A DNA stretch of 64,000 nucleotides from positions 38,378,001 to 38,442,000 of the forward strand of contig JBNRSN020000019.1 of the NCBI GenBank assembly GCA_051313645.2, in the 5' to 3' direction. The DNA is from Centroscyllium fabricii (taxonomy: Eukaryota). Shown piece by piece: positions 1-12,172 of the stretch. The translations under genes and the position numbers were made by a program. Each line of letters opens with the position of its first letter. The stretch's first letter is position 1. The notes beneath the pieces are model-generated. The model saw only the letters and a list, made by a program, of their open reading frames with translations, searched no databases and was not told where the DNA came from.

Positions 1-1523
1 CACCTGTTCCTGGAGTTCCACCACCGCCGATCTTATGGATGGACCCAGAGGCAGAGGGTCGACATGCAGCTGAGCTGAGCTGGCAGAGTCCTGTGCCCTC
101 CAACTAGGACTCTCCACTGCTGCCCCTGTCTCCACCATCTGCTGATGCTCACTTGTGAGCTGTGAGACACCAGGTGCCAACACTACTCTATGTCCCGAAG
201 GTCCCCCCGAGGTGTGAGTGGCTGCGCTGGTGCTGGGTGCGCTTAATTCTGCTAATGCTGCGCCCTCAGAGGTTGCAGCTTCCTCTGAGGAGTGTTGATG
301 CTCAGGCTGTCCCTCCTGTCGAGTGGGGACGCCTGCTTGCGATGGTCCTGTGGGGGAATAAAGGAAAGAGTCAGAGATGTGATGCCAAGGTTACATGCAC
401 CTTGCACCTTGCATATTGCAGATGATAAGTTCATCTGTTAGAACTTCAGAATCATTATCAGCGACTCATGCAATGTCAATGAGAGAGATGGAGAACTAAT
501 CTGTCACCAGCTTGCTGTGATGCACCCATCTGTCCGTCCCCCATTTGTGTTTCTTCCTCCACTCCTATGATCTCCAGGACCGCCTCCTCCCAGGGGGTGA
601 GGTGGACTAGTGAGGGTGGCCCTCCTCCTGTCCTCACTCTTTCTCACTTATTGTGAGCTCTCTTTTCCTGCAATAAGGGACACAAGTGGAGGTTGAATGA
701 GAATGAAGGAGTGAGTGTAGAGATTCCATAGCAGAGATACTTAGAAGGAGACAAAGATGGAGTGAGTTGGCAAGACCAAGAGCACTCCATATGTGTTGTC
801 AGTTGTGTTCAAAGCATCAGAGTGATAGGGAGACTGTGAGGGCTGCATGGTGGAATAGTTATGTGAATGTGAGCACAGAGAGAGGGAATGGGTAAGGGTG
901 CATGGATGTGAGTGTCAAGTGGGATGTGGAGGAAGAGTTTGCTGAAGCTGAGTGCTGGTGAGGAAAAGCATTGGGGATCAGATTAAGGGTGATGGGAATT
1001 CCATCCTCACTTTTCCAGTGCGCAGAAGGTCATGAAATCTCTTCCTGCACTGAATCCAGGTTCTGCGGTGTACTGATAATGAGTTGCCCTCCTCTGTCAC
1101 CTGGATCCACACAGCCTGCTGGGGAGACTTCTTCCTCCCTGAAGAAGGGAAGAGCACCTCTTTATGAGCTCTTGCTCCCTCAACTAAAGCTTGCAGGGCC
1201 ACATCATCAAACCTGGAAGCAGACCTAGGTCTCTCAATGGTCATTCTGCCTCCAGGTCCCTCTGGCATGAAAGGGCACAAGGTTGGCAGTCCGCAGCAGA
1301 AGCAAGGCTTGCTGTGGACCTGAAATGCACCAGCAATGATGACATCATATTGTGCGACTTTCTGACTGGAAATAGTCAATTGCCAAAGGTTCCCACATGC
1401 TGGAAATCAATTGGCCAATTGAGCCAAAATTGCATGGGGCTCCCAGGGCCTTTAGGATTCGTGTGGGAAACCTGACCCGCTGGAAACCCGCCAATTCCCC
1501 ACACCTCAGGGAAAATTTAGCCC
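1..1523 (-). mobile_element. PIF/Harbinger transposon copy (partial, runs off the window): decayed three-exon Myb/SANT-like gene plus terminal inverted repeat
   Basis: ORF 978-1379 contains SRFDDVALQALVEGARAHKEVLF...W..V.......RTWIQCRKRFHDL (Myb/SANT-like). Homologous to 50892-52870. Ends gggaaaatttagccc. Confidence 0.8.
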
Positions 1524-1607
1524 TATGTCTCCTCGATATGTCTCAATGAAATGCCAGATGTCGATATTCTATGGAAGAGAAATTTTGATGAAGATTAGTC
1601 TTGGTAA

Positions 1608-2306
1608 TGCCCCAGTTTCACTGGAGGCTAAGAATGTCAAGAATATCAAGAATCGTCAGGAATCAAAATTCTTGGCGATTCTGCAAAAAATGCGAAAATT
1701 CGTGGTTGATTCTTGGCGATTCTTGGTGAATTCTGGACAAGGTTAAGAATCTATCACGAATTATTGTAGGAATGAGGTACGAATCACTCACGAATATGAA
1801 GAATTAATTTACGAATCCACTACGACCTCCACGATTAAGTTACGAATTCTACGAATTAGCTACGAATTGCATTCGTAGTGCATTCGTAGTGCATTCGTGG
1901 GCATTCGTGGACATTCGTGGACATTCGTGATGAATTCGGCGTATTTCCACGAATTTGAGAAAATCAAGAATGCCCAAGAATAGGCAAGAATGCACTACGA
2001 ATCCACTACGAATCAGTTACGAACGGTAAGAAAGGGTCACGAACGGTAAGAAAGGGTCACGAATTGTTTAGGAATCTATCACGAATTGGACATTCGTGAA
2101 CCCTCCCACGAAATTTTTTGACAAACAAAAACTTTCTTGAAAACTCAAAGAAATCCCGCGAACTTCCGCGAACTCTACGAATCCGCTACGAATCCACTAC
2201 GAATCCACTACGAATCAACCACAAATTGCAAGAATTACCCACGAATCGGACAAATTTCACAATCGGCACGATTCGGCAATTCTTAGCCTCCAGTGAAACT
2301 GGGGCA
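1608..2306 (+). mobile_element. Harbinger-type MITE with ACGAAT/ATTCGT motif arrays
   Basis: Perfect 28-bp TIR tgccccagtttcactggaggctaagaat; TAA target-site duplication (1605-1607, 2307-2309); second copy inverted at 23652-24360. Confidence 0.9.
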
Positions 2307-2769
2307 TAACTGAAATATCTTCTTTTTAATCTATGGGATCTGTACATTTACTTTTCTTTTTTCCAGTATTCAACCTTTAAACTTATAAGCAAGTTTTTAA
2401 TGTACTTCAAGTTTTATGCATCTAAATGAATATTGTGATTCAAAGAGAAGATGCATGAGTTACATATTTCTTTGTGAGTATATCAATTGGTAAAGAAATC
2501 ACAAACTCAACCAAGCAAAGTGAGCAAGGCGACAGGTAGGCTTTGAATTCAAAAATCACCCTTATCTTTTTGAAAAACAGGAGCTGAAAGCTTATGAGCT
2601 GGCAGACCATCCCAAGATATTTACAAATGAGGAGAATGAAAACTAAGTACACTGTTACTTGGAGGCAAGATGGCGGTGCGCATAGACGCAGCGGCTTTGC
2701 GTCTCCCAAGGAAATGATGTCCGCTGGTCCCCGTACTGGTTCTGAGCGTGGCCAGGTGCCGGTAACATC

Positions 2770-3280
2770 GAGGCCGTCGTGGCTGGAGCCTGCGTGGCCT
2801 GAGCATCGGGGCTGGCGCGTCGGGGCCATCGTGGCCGGGCGCTAGGAGCTTCAGGGCCTGCGTGGCCTGAGCGTCGGGTCCGTCGTGGCCGGAGCATCAG
2901 GGCCAGGAGCATCGGGGCCTGCGTGGCCTGTGCGTCGGGGCCAGGAGCATCGGGGCCAGGAGCATCGGGGCCTGCGTGGCCTGAGCGTCGGGGCCAGGAG
3001 CATCGGGGCCAGGAGCATCGGGGCCTGCGTGGCCTGAGCATCGGGGCCAGGAGCATCGGGGCCTGCGTGGCCTGAGCATCGGGGCCAGGAGTATCGGGGC
3101 CAGGAGCATCGGGGCCTGCGTGGCCTGAGCGTCGGGGCCAGGAGCATCGGGGCCAGGAGCATCAGGGCCTGCGTGGCCTGAGCGTCGGGGCCAGGAGCAT
3201 CGGGGCCTGCGTGGCCTGAGCATCGGGGCCAGGAGCATCGGGGCCTGCGTGTCGGGGCCAGGAGCATCAGGACCGTCGTG
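2770..3280. repeat. GC-rich mosaic minisatellite of 15-bp (ggccaggagcatcgg) and 23-bp (ggcctgcgtggcctgagcRtcgg) units, inside a possible non-autonomous retroelement (about 2655-3420)
   Basis: Units read directly. Host sequence begins with caagatggcgg and ends aataaattgaattga. Confidence 0.85.
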
Positions 3281-3512
3281 GCAGGTGCAGGGGGGCGTTA
3301 TGGACCAGACTGGGACTTACAGGAGAGGACATTTTAATATCTATTGTTTCTTTGGGAGATTGCATGTTTGCATTTCATTGTATTGTGTTGTTCACTTTAA
3401 ATAAATTGAATTGAGGAATTGTTACAGTTACTGTGAAAGGTTCCAAGCCACTTCAAAAGTTCACTCATCATTTTACCTGCAATCACTCTTTGAAGAAGAA
3501 TCATTCTCATTA

Positions 3513-3767
<255 letters not shown>

Positions 3768-4356
3768 TTAAATGTTTTGGAGGAGATTTTCATCTTCATC
3801 ACATGGACAATAATCAGCTGCCCATTAGACCCTTCCAATTTTCATTCCATTGCAATCAAGAAAACCACATTTTATTGCACCTTTAAATCAAATTAATTTT
3901 GATGGCTGCCAGGGAAGCATGGCATTTCTAGCACACGGTATTGCGAAGGTGCAAATGATGGGAAATATACCATATAACATTTCCTGTATTTTCTGTATAG
4001 AGTGTGGCCATTTATATTTGGACAGGATTATTGTAAACTTGACGTTACTTCAAACGGGAAATCGCTAACATGACACTGAGTGGCAGGGAACTGACTAACT
4101 GCCTCCCCATTTGATATTTTGATGTAACAGGAGAGGAAATTCAGACCAACTGCCCCTTTGCTGGCGAATATTTGCACGGATACTGGGTGTCCTTGGGTAC
4201 CTCTCCCAAGTGGTCATTCTTCCAGTGTGACTTTAAGTAGTGCGTATGGACAGGCTTTGACTATTCATAGCCAAGGCCAATCCTGTTCTCACTCAACATG
4301 CAAACGTACACACTTCCAGTACCGTTGCTGGATAATAATCATGAGGAGCATTCTGA

Positions 4357-5215
4357 AGGGACTGCTCCCTCCGCGACACCCTGGTCCACTCCTCAATCAC
4401 CCCCAGCAGCTCTTCCCCTTCGCCCGGCACCTTCACATGAAAGCGCAGGAGATACAACACCTGCCCTTTTACTTCCTCCCTTCCCACTGTCCAGGATCCC
4501 AAACACTCCTTCCAAGTGAAACAGCCATTTACATTTAATGTTCCCCCTCCCTTTCCATTTACTTGTACTTCTGTCAATCTAGTATACTGTATTTGCTGCT
4601 CATGATGCGGTCTCCTCTCCATTGGGGAGACCAAAAGCAGATTGGGTGACCGCTTTGCAGAAAACCTCCGTTCAGTCCGCAAGCATGACCACGAGCTTCC
4701 GGTGGCCTGTCACTTTAATTCTCCACTCCACTCTGACCGCTCTGTCTTCAGACTCCTACACTGTTCTAATGAAGCTCAACATAAACTCGAGGAACAGCAC
4801 CTCGTTTTTCGAGTAAGCACTTTACAGCCTTCCGGACTCAACATTGAGTTCAACAATTTCAGATCATAACCACTGCCCCCATTTTTTCAGACAGCAGCTG
4901 TTGATGTTTCTGCTATTTCCATTTACACCTCTTCTAGACTCATCTTTTGTTCCTTTACTTGTCCCATTACCATCTCTTTTGCCTCGCACTATCATCCCTT
5001 TTATCTTTTAAGCTCTCCTGCCTTCCACCCTATCACAGACCTTCCCTTTCATTCTTAACTCCCCTCTCAACTTTCCCTGCCTCCACACGTGCTTAAAACT
5101 GGTTATAACTTTCTTCAGTTCTGATCAAAGGTCATTGACCTGAAACGTTAACTCTCTTTCTCTCTCCACAGATGCTGCCTGAACTGCTGAGTATTTCTAG
5201 CATTTTCCGTTTTTA
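4357..5215 (+). mobile_element. Penelope-like retroelement 3' fragment (GIY-YIG endonuclease remnant plus tail)
   Basis: FTCTSVNLVYCICCS*CGLLSIGETKSRLGDRFAENLRSVR...PVACHFNS...LEEQHLVFRVSTLQPSGLNIEF is the PLE GIY-YIG pattern, followed by a hammerhead-like tail. Confidence 0.85.
5117..5153 (+). ncRNA. Degenerate minimal type-I hammerhead ribozyme motif in the Penelope tail
   Basis: agtt-CTGAtcA-aggtca-t-tgacct-GAAAC-GTT-aact: stem I agtt/aact, stem II aggtca/tgacct, core CUGANGA with G8 changed to C. Confidence 0.6.
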
Positions 5216-5219
5216 ATCA

Positions 5220-5327
5220 TGAGGAGGAACCTGGTTGATTTTTCCCCTCATAACTCAGGAGTGTTGAGGTCAATTGTAGCATCCCGACCTCTGCCCTGGC
5301 CGAAATCAGCTAACTGGCACAGACCAG
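5220..5327 (-). mobile_element. SINE-like fragment split by the Harbinger insertion; continues at 12802-12880
   Basis: Rejoined gcacagaccaggaatcaagcctgg resembles a reverse-complement tRNA B-box (gggatcgaacc). Weak. Confidence 0.35.
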
Positions 5328-5505
5328 GGGCTCGATTTTACCAGGCCCGAGGAGGCGGGATTGAAGGCGTGTGAGGTGTTAAAATCACAAAAAAATGGCG
5401 GGAGGCTCCGATTCCGCCTCTGAGCAATTTTCCCAGAATCGGGATTTCAGACTCCGTTTTCATCCCGCCCGCGGCTGTAATTGGTGGGATTGATAACCTT
5501 TAATT

Positions 5506-8500
5506 CATTGAAATTGAATTAAATCCAAAGTCATGGTAGGACAGCCTGGCACCGTACTGTGCTCCTCCTGCGATATGTGGGAAATCAGGAATACTTCCGG
5601 TGTCCCTGACGACCATGTGTGCAGGAAGTGTATCCAGCTGCAGCTACTGACAGACTGCATTGCAGCGCTGGAGCTGCGAGTGGATACATACTGGAGGATT
5701 TGCGATGCGGAGGACGACGTGAATAGCATGTTTAGGGAGTTGGTCACACCACAGGCAAAGGTTACTCAAGCAGAAAGGGAATCGGTGACCAACAGGCAGA
5801 GTAGCAGGCACAGGCAGGTAGTGCAGGGGCCCCCTGCGGCCATCTCCCTCTCTGCGGGAGATGGCTTACCAGGGGAAGGTAGCAGCAGCCGACTTCCTGG
5901 CACCAGGGGTGGTTCTGCTGCACAGTATGGGAGGAAAAAGAGTGGGAGAGCTATAGTGATAGGGGATTCTATTGTAAGGGGAATAGATAGGCATTTCTGC
6001 AGCCACAAACGAGACTCCAGGATGGTGTGTTGCCTCCCTGGTGCAAGGGTCAAGGATCTTTTAGAGCGGCTGCAGAATATTTTGGAAAGGGAGGGGGAAC
6101 AGCCAGTTGTTGTGCATATAGGTACCAACGATATACGTAAAATGCGGGATGAGGTCCTAAAAGCTGAATATAAGGAGTTAGGAGGTAAATTAAAAAATAG
6201 GACCTCAAAAGGTAGTAATCTCAGGATTGCTACCAGTGCCATGAGCTAGTCAGAGTAGAAACAGAAGCATACTTCAGATGAATACGTGGCTAGAGGAATG
6301 GTGCAAGGGGGAGGGATTCAAATTCCTGGGACATTGGAACCGGTTCTGGGGGAGGTGGGACCAGTACAAACGGGATGGTCTGCACCTGGGCAGGGCTGGG
6401 ACCGATGTCCTAGGGGGAGTGTTTGCTAGTGCTCTGGAGGATGGTTTCAACGAAAATGGCAGGGGGTTGGGAACCTGAGCGGGGAGACAGAGGAAAGGGA
6501 AACAAGGACAAAAGCAAAAGACAGGAAAGAGAAAAACAAAAAGTGGCAGACAGAGAAATCAAGGGTTTAAATCAAACATGGCCACAGTAAATAATAATTC
6601 TAAAAGATTTCAGAGCATTAAAAAAACAAGCCTGAAGGCTTTGTATCTTAATGCGAGGATCATTCGTAATAAGGTGGATGGATTGGCAGCACAAATAGAG
6701 GTAAACAAATATGATATGATTGGGATTATGGAAACATGGCTCCAGGATGGCCAATGCTGGGAACTCAACATCCAGGGGTATTCAATATTCAGGAAAGATA
6801 GGCAAAAAGGAAAAGGAGGTGAGGTAGCATTGCTGGTTAAAGAGGGGATTAACACAATTTTAAGGAAGGATATTAGCTCTGATGATGTGGAATCTGTATG
6901 GGTAGAACTGAGAAATACCAAGGGGCAGAAAACATTAGTGGGAGTGGTATAGAGACAGCCAAACAGTAATGCGGAGGTCGGGTATGGTATTAAAAGGGAA
7001 ATTAGAGAAGTGTGCAATAAGGGCACAGCAATTATCATGAGTGACTTTAGTCTACATATAGATTGGGTTAACCAAAGTAGCAACAATACTGTGGAGGAGG
7101 AATTCCATGAGTGTATACGGGATGGTTTCCTGGACCAATATGTTGAGGAACCAACTAGAGATCAGGCCATCTTAGACTGGGTATTATGTAATGAGAAAGG
7201 ATTAATCAACAATCTTGTTGTGCGAGGCCCCTTGGGTTGGAGCAATCATAATATGATAGAATTCTTCATTAAGATGGAGAGTGAAGGTGTTGACTCAGAG
7301 ACTAGGGTTCTGAATTTAAATAAAGGAAACTACGATGGTATGAGACGCAAGTTGGGTAGGACTGATTGGGGAATGTCACTCAAAGGGTTGACGGTGAATA
7401 GGCAATGGCAAACATTCAAAGATCACATGGATGAACTACAGAATTTGTTCATCACAGTTTGACATAAAAATAAAACAAAAAAGGTGACTCAACCATGGCT
7501 ATCAAGGGAAATTAGAGATAGCATAAGGTCCAAGGAGAGGACATATAAATTGGCCAGAAAAAGCAGCAAACCTGAGGATTGGAGGCAGTTTAGGATTCAA
7601 CAAAAGAGGACAAAGGGATTAATTAAGAGGGGCAAAATAGAGTATGAGAGTAAGCTTGCAGCGAACATAAAAACTGACTGTAAAAGCTTTTATAGATATG
7701 TGAAGAGAAAAAGATTGGTGACATCAAGCGTCGGTCCCTTGCAGTCAGAATCAGGGGAATTTATAATGGGGAACAAAGAAATGGCAGACCAATTAAATAC
7801 ATACTTTGGTTCTGTCTTCAGAAAGGAGGTTACAAATAACCTCCCAGAGATGTTGGAGAACATGGGGTCTAATGAAAGGGAGGAACTGATGGAAATCCGT
7901 ATTTGTAGGGAAATGGTGTTAGGGAAATTGACGGGATTGAAGGCAGATAAATCCCCAGGGCCTGAAAGTCTACATCCTAGGGTACTTAAGGAAGTGGCCT
8001 AGGATGTAGGATGGTGGATGCTTTGCTGGTCATCTTCCAAAATTCGATAAATGCTGGAACAGTACCCATGGATTGGTGTGTATCTAATGTTACCCCTCTG
8101 TTCAAAAAAGGTGGCAGCGAGAAAACGGGTAAGCCTGACATCGGTAGTGGGGAAAAAGCGAGAGTCCATTATAAAAGATGTAACAGCAGAGTACTTGGGA
8201 AACAGTGACAGGATCAGACAAAGTCAACATGGATTTACAAAAGGTAAATCATGCTTGACTAATCTGGAATTTTTTGAGGATGTAACTAGTAAAATAGATA
8301 AGGGAGAACCAGTGGATGTGGTGTACTTGGACTTTCAAAAGGCTTTTGATAAAGTCCTGCATAAGAGATTAGCGTGTAAAATTAAGGTACATGGGATTGG
8401 GGGTAAGGTATTGACTTGGATAGAGAACTGGTTGGCAGATTGAAGGCAAAGAGTTGGAATAAATGGCTCTTTTTCTGAGTGGCAGGCAGTGGGGTGCTGC

Positions 8501-9511
8501 AGGGATCGGTCCTTGGGCCCCAGCTATTCACAATATATATATTAATGATCTGGACACGGGAACTAGATGTAATATCTCCAAGTTTGCAGACGACACAAGC
8601 TGGGTGGGCGTGTGTGCTGTAAGAAGGATGTTGAGAAACTTCAGTATGATTTGGACAGGTTGGGTGATTGGGCAGAAGCATGGCAGATGCAATATAACGT
8701 GGATAAATGTGAGGTTATCCACTTTAGTGGCAAAAACAGGAAGGCAGATTATTATCTGAATGGCAATAGATTGGGAGAAGTGGAAGTGCAATGAGATCTG
8801 GGCGTCCTTGTGCACCAGTCGCTGAAGGTAAGCATGCAGGTGCAGCAGGCGGTCAAGAAGGCAAATGGTATGTTGGCCTTCATAGCGAGAGGGTTTGAGT
8901 ACAGGAACAAGGATGTCTTGCTGCAGTTGTACAGTGCCTTGGTGAGACCACATCTTGAGTATTGTGTGCAGTTTTGGTCGCCTTATCTAAGGAAGGATGT
9001 TCTTGCCCTGGAAGGAGTGCAGCGAAGATTCACCAGGCTGATACATGGGATGGCAGGAATGACGTATGAGGAGAGATTGGGTCGATTGGGCTTGTACCCG
9101 CTGGAGTATAGAAGAATGAGAGGGGATCTCATTGAAACGTATACAATTCTACCAGGACTGGACAGACTTATTGCAGGAAGGATGCTCCCGATGGTGGGGG
9201 AGTCCAGAACCAGGGGTCACAGTCTAAGGATAAGGGGTGAGCCATTTCGGACAGAGATGAGGAGGAATTTCCTACCCAGAGAGTGGTGAACTTGTGGAAT
9301 TCTCTGCCACAGAAGGCAGTAGAAGCCAATTCATTAAATATATTGAAGAAGGAGTTGGATATATTTCTTAAGGCTAAAGGGATCAAGGGTTATGGGGAGA
9401 AAGCAGGGACAGGGTACTGAATTTGGATGATCAGCCATGATCGCATTGAATGGCGGAGCAGGCTCGAAGGGCCGAATGGCCTGCTCCTGCTCCTATCTTC
9501 TATGTTTCTAT
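5506..9511 (+). mobile_element. Near full-length CR1 LINE: ORF1 (Zn-finger + SGNH esterase, 5533-6478) and ORF2 (APE endonuclease + RT, about 6578-9420), disrupted
   Basis: ORF1 CxxC...CxxC, IVIGDSIVRG, HIGTND, DGLHL. ORF2 YLNARIIRNK, METWL, DKSPGP, VYLDFQKAFDKV, KFADDT, VRPHLEYCVQFWSP. Tail ctatgtttctatg. Many stops and frameshifts. Confidence 0.95.
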
Positions 9512-10847
9512 GAGATGCCCACCTCAGTTGAGTGAGGACTCTGGTGCGACTCTGACCAAGGTCTTTGCTGTGGCATGGTCGTGTGAGTGCTTGGAGAGCA
9601 GCCCCCACTTCCTTGTTGTCAGCTACCAACATCCCTCTCATGCGTCAGCCCCACTTTGGAGCTAGCAAGTGGCATGATAGCACATTGCTGCAGTTCAGGG
9701 GGGCCATGAGGTCCCGTTTCTACACTGGTTTCTATGCTCAATAGCTGACCATCGCTCCTCAAGAGATGTCAGTCTATTCTAAACAATGGCCATGTTTTCA
9801 AAACTCTGGCGACTTAGCTCCACCATGGCTGTAGCCATCCTAACCTCTACCATAGCCATCCTTTCCACGGAGGTTGCCATCCTTTCCGTGGTGATGCGTT
9901 CATGCGCCAATGCCTCCACAAAGGCTCTGCTCATGTTTGCGATGGACTCCCCCATTCGTTTCACACTCACAGCGACCCTGGAGACAAAACCTACCAGAGA
10001 CTCCTGCACCTGGATGGACCCGGAGGCACAGGGTCAACATGCAGTTGAGCCGAGCTGGGAGAGTCCTGCGCCTGCCGGTGAGGACTCTCCACTGCAGTCC
10101 CTGTCTCCACCATCTGCTGATGTTCACTTGTGAGCTGTGATACACCAGGTGACAACACTACTCTATCTCGCGAAGGTCCCACTGAGGTGAGTGTCTGCAC
10201 TGGTGCTGTGTGTGCTGAATTCTGCTGATGCTGCGCCCTCAGAGCTTGCAGCTTCCTCTGAGGAGTCTTGAGGCTCAGGCTGTTCCTCCTGGACAATGGG
10301 GACGGGGGCTGTTGATAGTCCTGTGGGGGAGTAAAGGAAAGAGTTAGAGATGTGATGTAAAGGTTGAATGCACATTGAATTGTGCAGATGTTAATAAGTC
10401 AATCTGTTAGAGCTTCAGAATCATTATCAGTCACTCATTCAATGTCAATGAGAGAGATGCTCAACTATTCTGTCACCAGCTTGCTGTGATACGCCCGTCT
10501 GTCCATCCCCCACTTGTGAAACTTCCTCGACACCGGCGATTTCCAGGGCGGAATCCTCCAAGGTGGTGAGCTGGGATACTGAGGGTAGCCCTCCTCCTGT
10601 CCTTGCTCTTTCCCTCTTATTGTGGGCTCTCTTTTCCTGCAATGAGGGACACAAGTGGGATTTGAGTGAGAATGAAGGTGTGAGTGTAGAGAATCCATAG
10701 CATTGATGCTTAGAAGGAGACAAAGGACCCTCCCTGTGTGTTGTAAGTTGTTGGAATTGCATCACAGTGATAGGGAGTGTGAGGGCTGCATGGTCGAATA
10801 GTTAAGTGAATGTGAGCATAGAGAGAGAGAGAGAATGGCTGAGGGTA

Positions 10848-12172
10848 TTTTTTTTTAATTCATTGATGGGATGTGGGCGTCGCTGGCTGGCTAGGCCTGC
10901 ATTTAGTGCCCATCCCTAATTGCCCTTGAGAAGATGGTGGTGAGCCGCCTTCTTGAACCGCTGCAGTCCATATGGTGTAGGTACACCCACAATGTTGTTA
11001 GGAAGGGAGTTCCAGGATTTTGGCCCAGCGACAGTGAAGGAGCGGCGATACAGGTCCAAGTCAGGATGGTATGTGGCTTGGAGGGGAACTTGTAGGTGGT
11101 GATGTTCCCATGCATCTGCTGCCCTTTTCCTTCTAAGTGGTAGAGGTCGCGGGTTTGGAAGGTGCTGTTGAAGCAGCTTAGGCGAGTTGCTGCAGTGCAT
11201 CTTGTAGATGGTACACACTGCAGCCACAGTGCGCCGGTGGTGGAGGGAGTGAATGTTGGAGGTGGTGGATGGAGTGCCAATCAAGCGGTCTGCTTTATCC
11301 TGAATGGTGTCAAGCTTCTTGAGTGTTGTTGGAGCTGCACTCATCCAGGCAAGTGGAGAGTATTCCATCACACTCCTGACTTGTGCTTTGTAGATGGTGG
11401 AAAGGCTTTGGGGAGTCAGGAGGTGAGACACGCGCCGCAGAATTCCCAGCCTCTGGCCTGCTCTTGTAGCCACAGTATTTATATGGCTGGTCCAGTTCAG
11501 TTTCCGATCAATGGTAACCCCCAGGATGTTGATAGTGGGGGATTCAGTGATGATAATGCCATTGAATGTCAAGGGGAGATGGTTAGAGTCTCGCTTGTTG
11601 GAGATGGTCATTGCCTGGCACTTGTGTGGTGCGAATGTTACTTGCCACTTGTCAGCCCAAGTCTGAATGTTGTCCAGGTCTTGCTGCATATGGACACAGA
11701 CTGCGTCAGTATCTGACAAGTCTCGAATGGTGCTGAACAGTGTGCAATCATCAGCAAACATCCCCACTTCTGACCTTATGATGGAGGGAAGGTCATTGAT
11801 GAAACAGCTGAAGATGGTTGGGCCTAGGATACTGCCCTGAGGAACTCCTGCAGTGATGTCCTGTGGTTGAGATGAATGACCTCCAACAACCACAGCCAAC
11901 TTCCTTTGTGCTAGGTATGATTCCAACCAATGGAGAGTTTTCCCCTTGATTCCCATTGACTTCAGCTTTGCCAGGGCTCCTTGATGCCACACTCAATCAA
12001 ATGCTGCCTTGATGTCAAGGGCAGTCACTCTCACCTCACCTCTTGAGTTCAGCTCTTTTGTCCATGCTTGGACCAAGGCTGTAATGAGGTCAGGAGCTGA
12101 GTGGCCCTGGCGGAACCCAAACTGGGCGTCAGTTAGCAGGTTATTGCTGAGTAAGAGCCGCTTGATAGCACT
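10848..12172 (-). mobile_element. 5'-truncated CR1-group (Crack/L2-like) LINE, young, RT C-terminal part
   Basis: ORF 10916-11992: DIKAAFD-VWHQG, GVPQGSILGP, MFADD. Poly(A) tail seen as the T-run at 10848. Clade name tentative. Confidence 0.9.

Noticed and set aside
2621-3267. Repetitive ORFs (MLLAP/RRPR/GPDA) and a CRISPR-like look
   Set aside because: They are translations of a GC-rich minisatellite; there are no unique spacers and no cas genes, and the context is eukaryotic.
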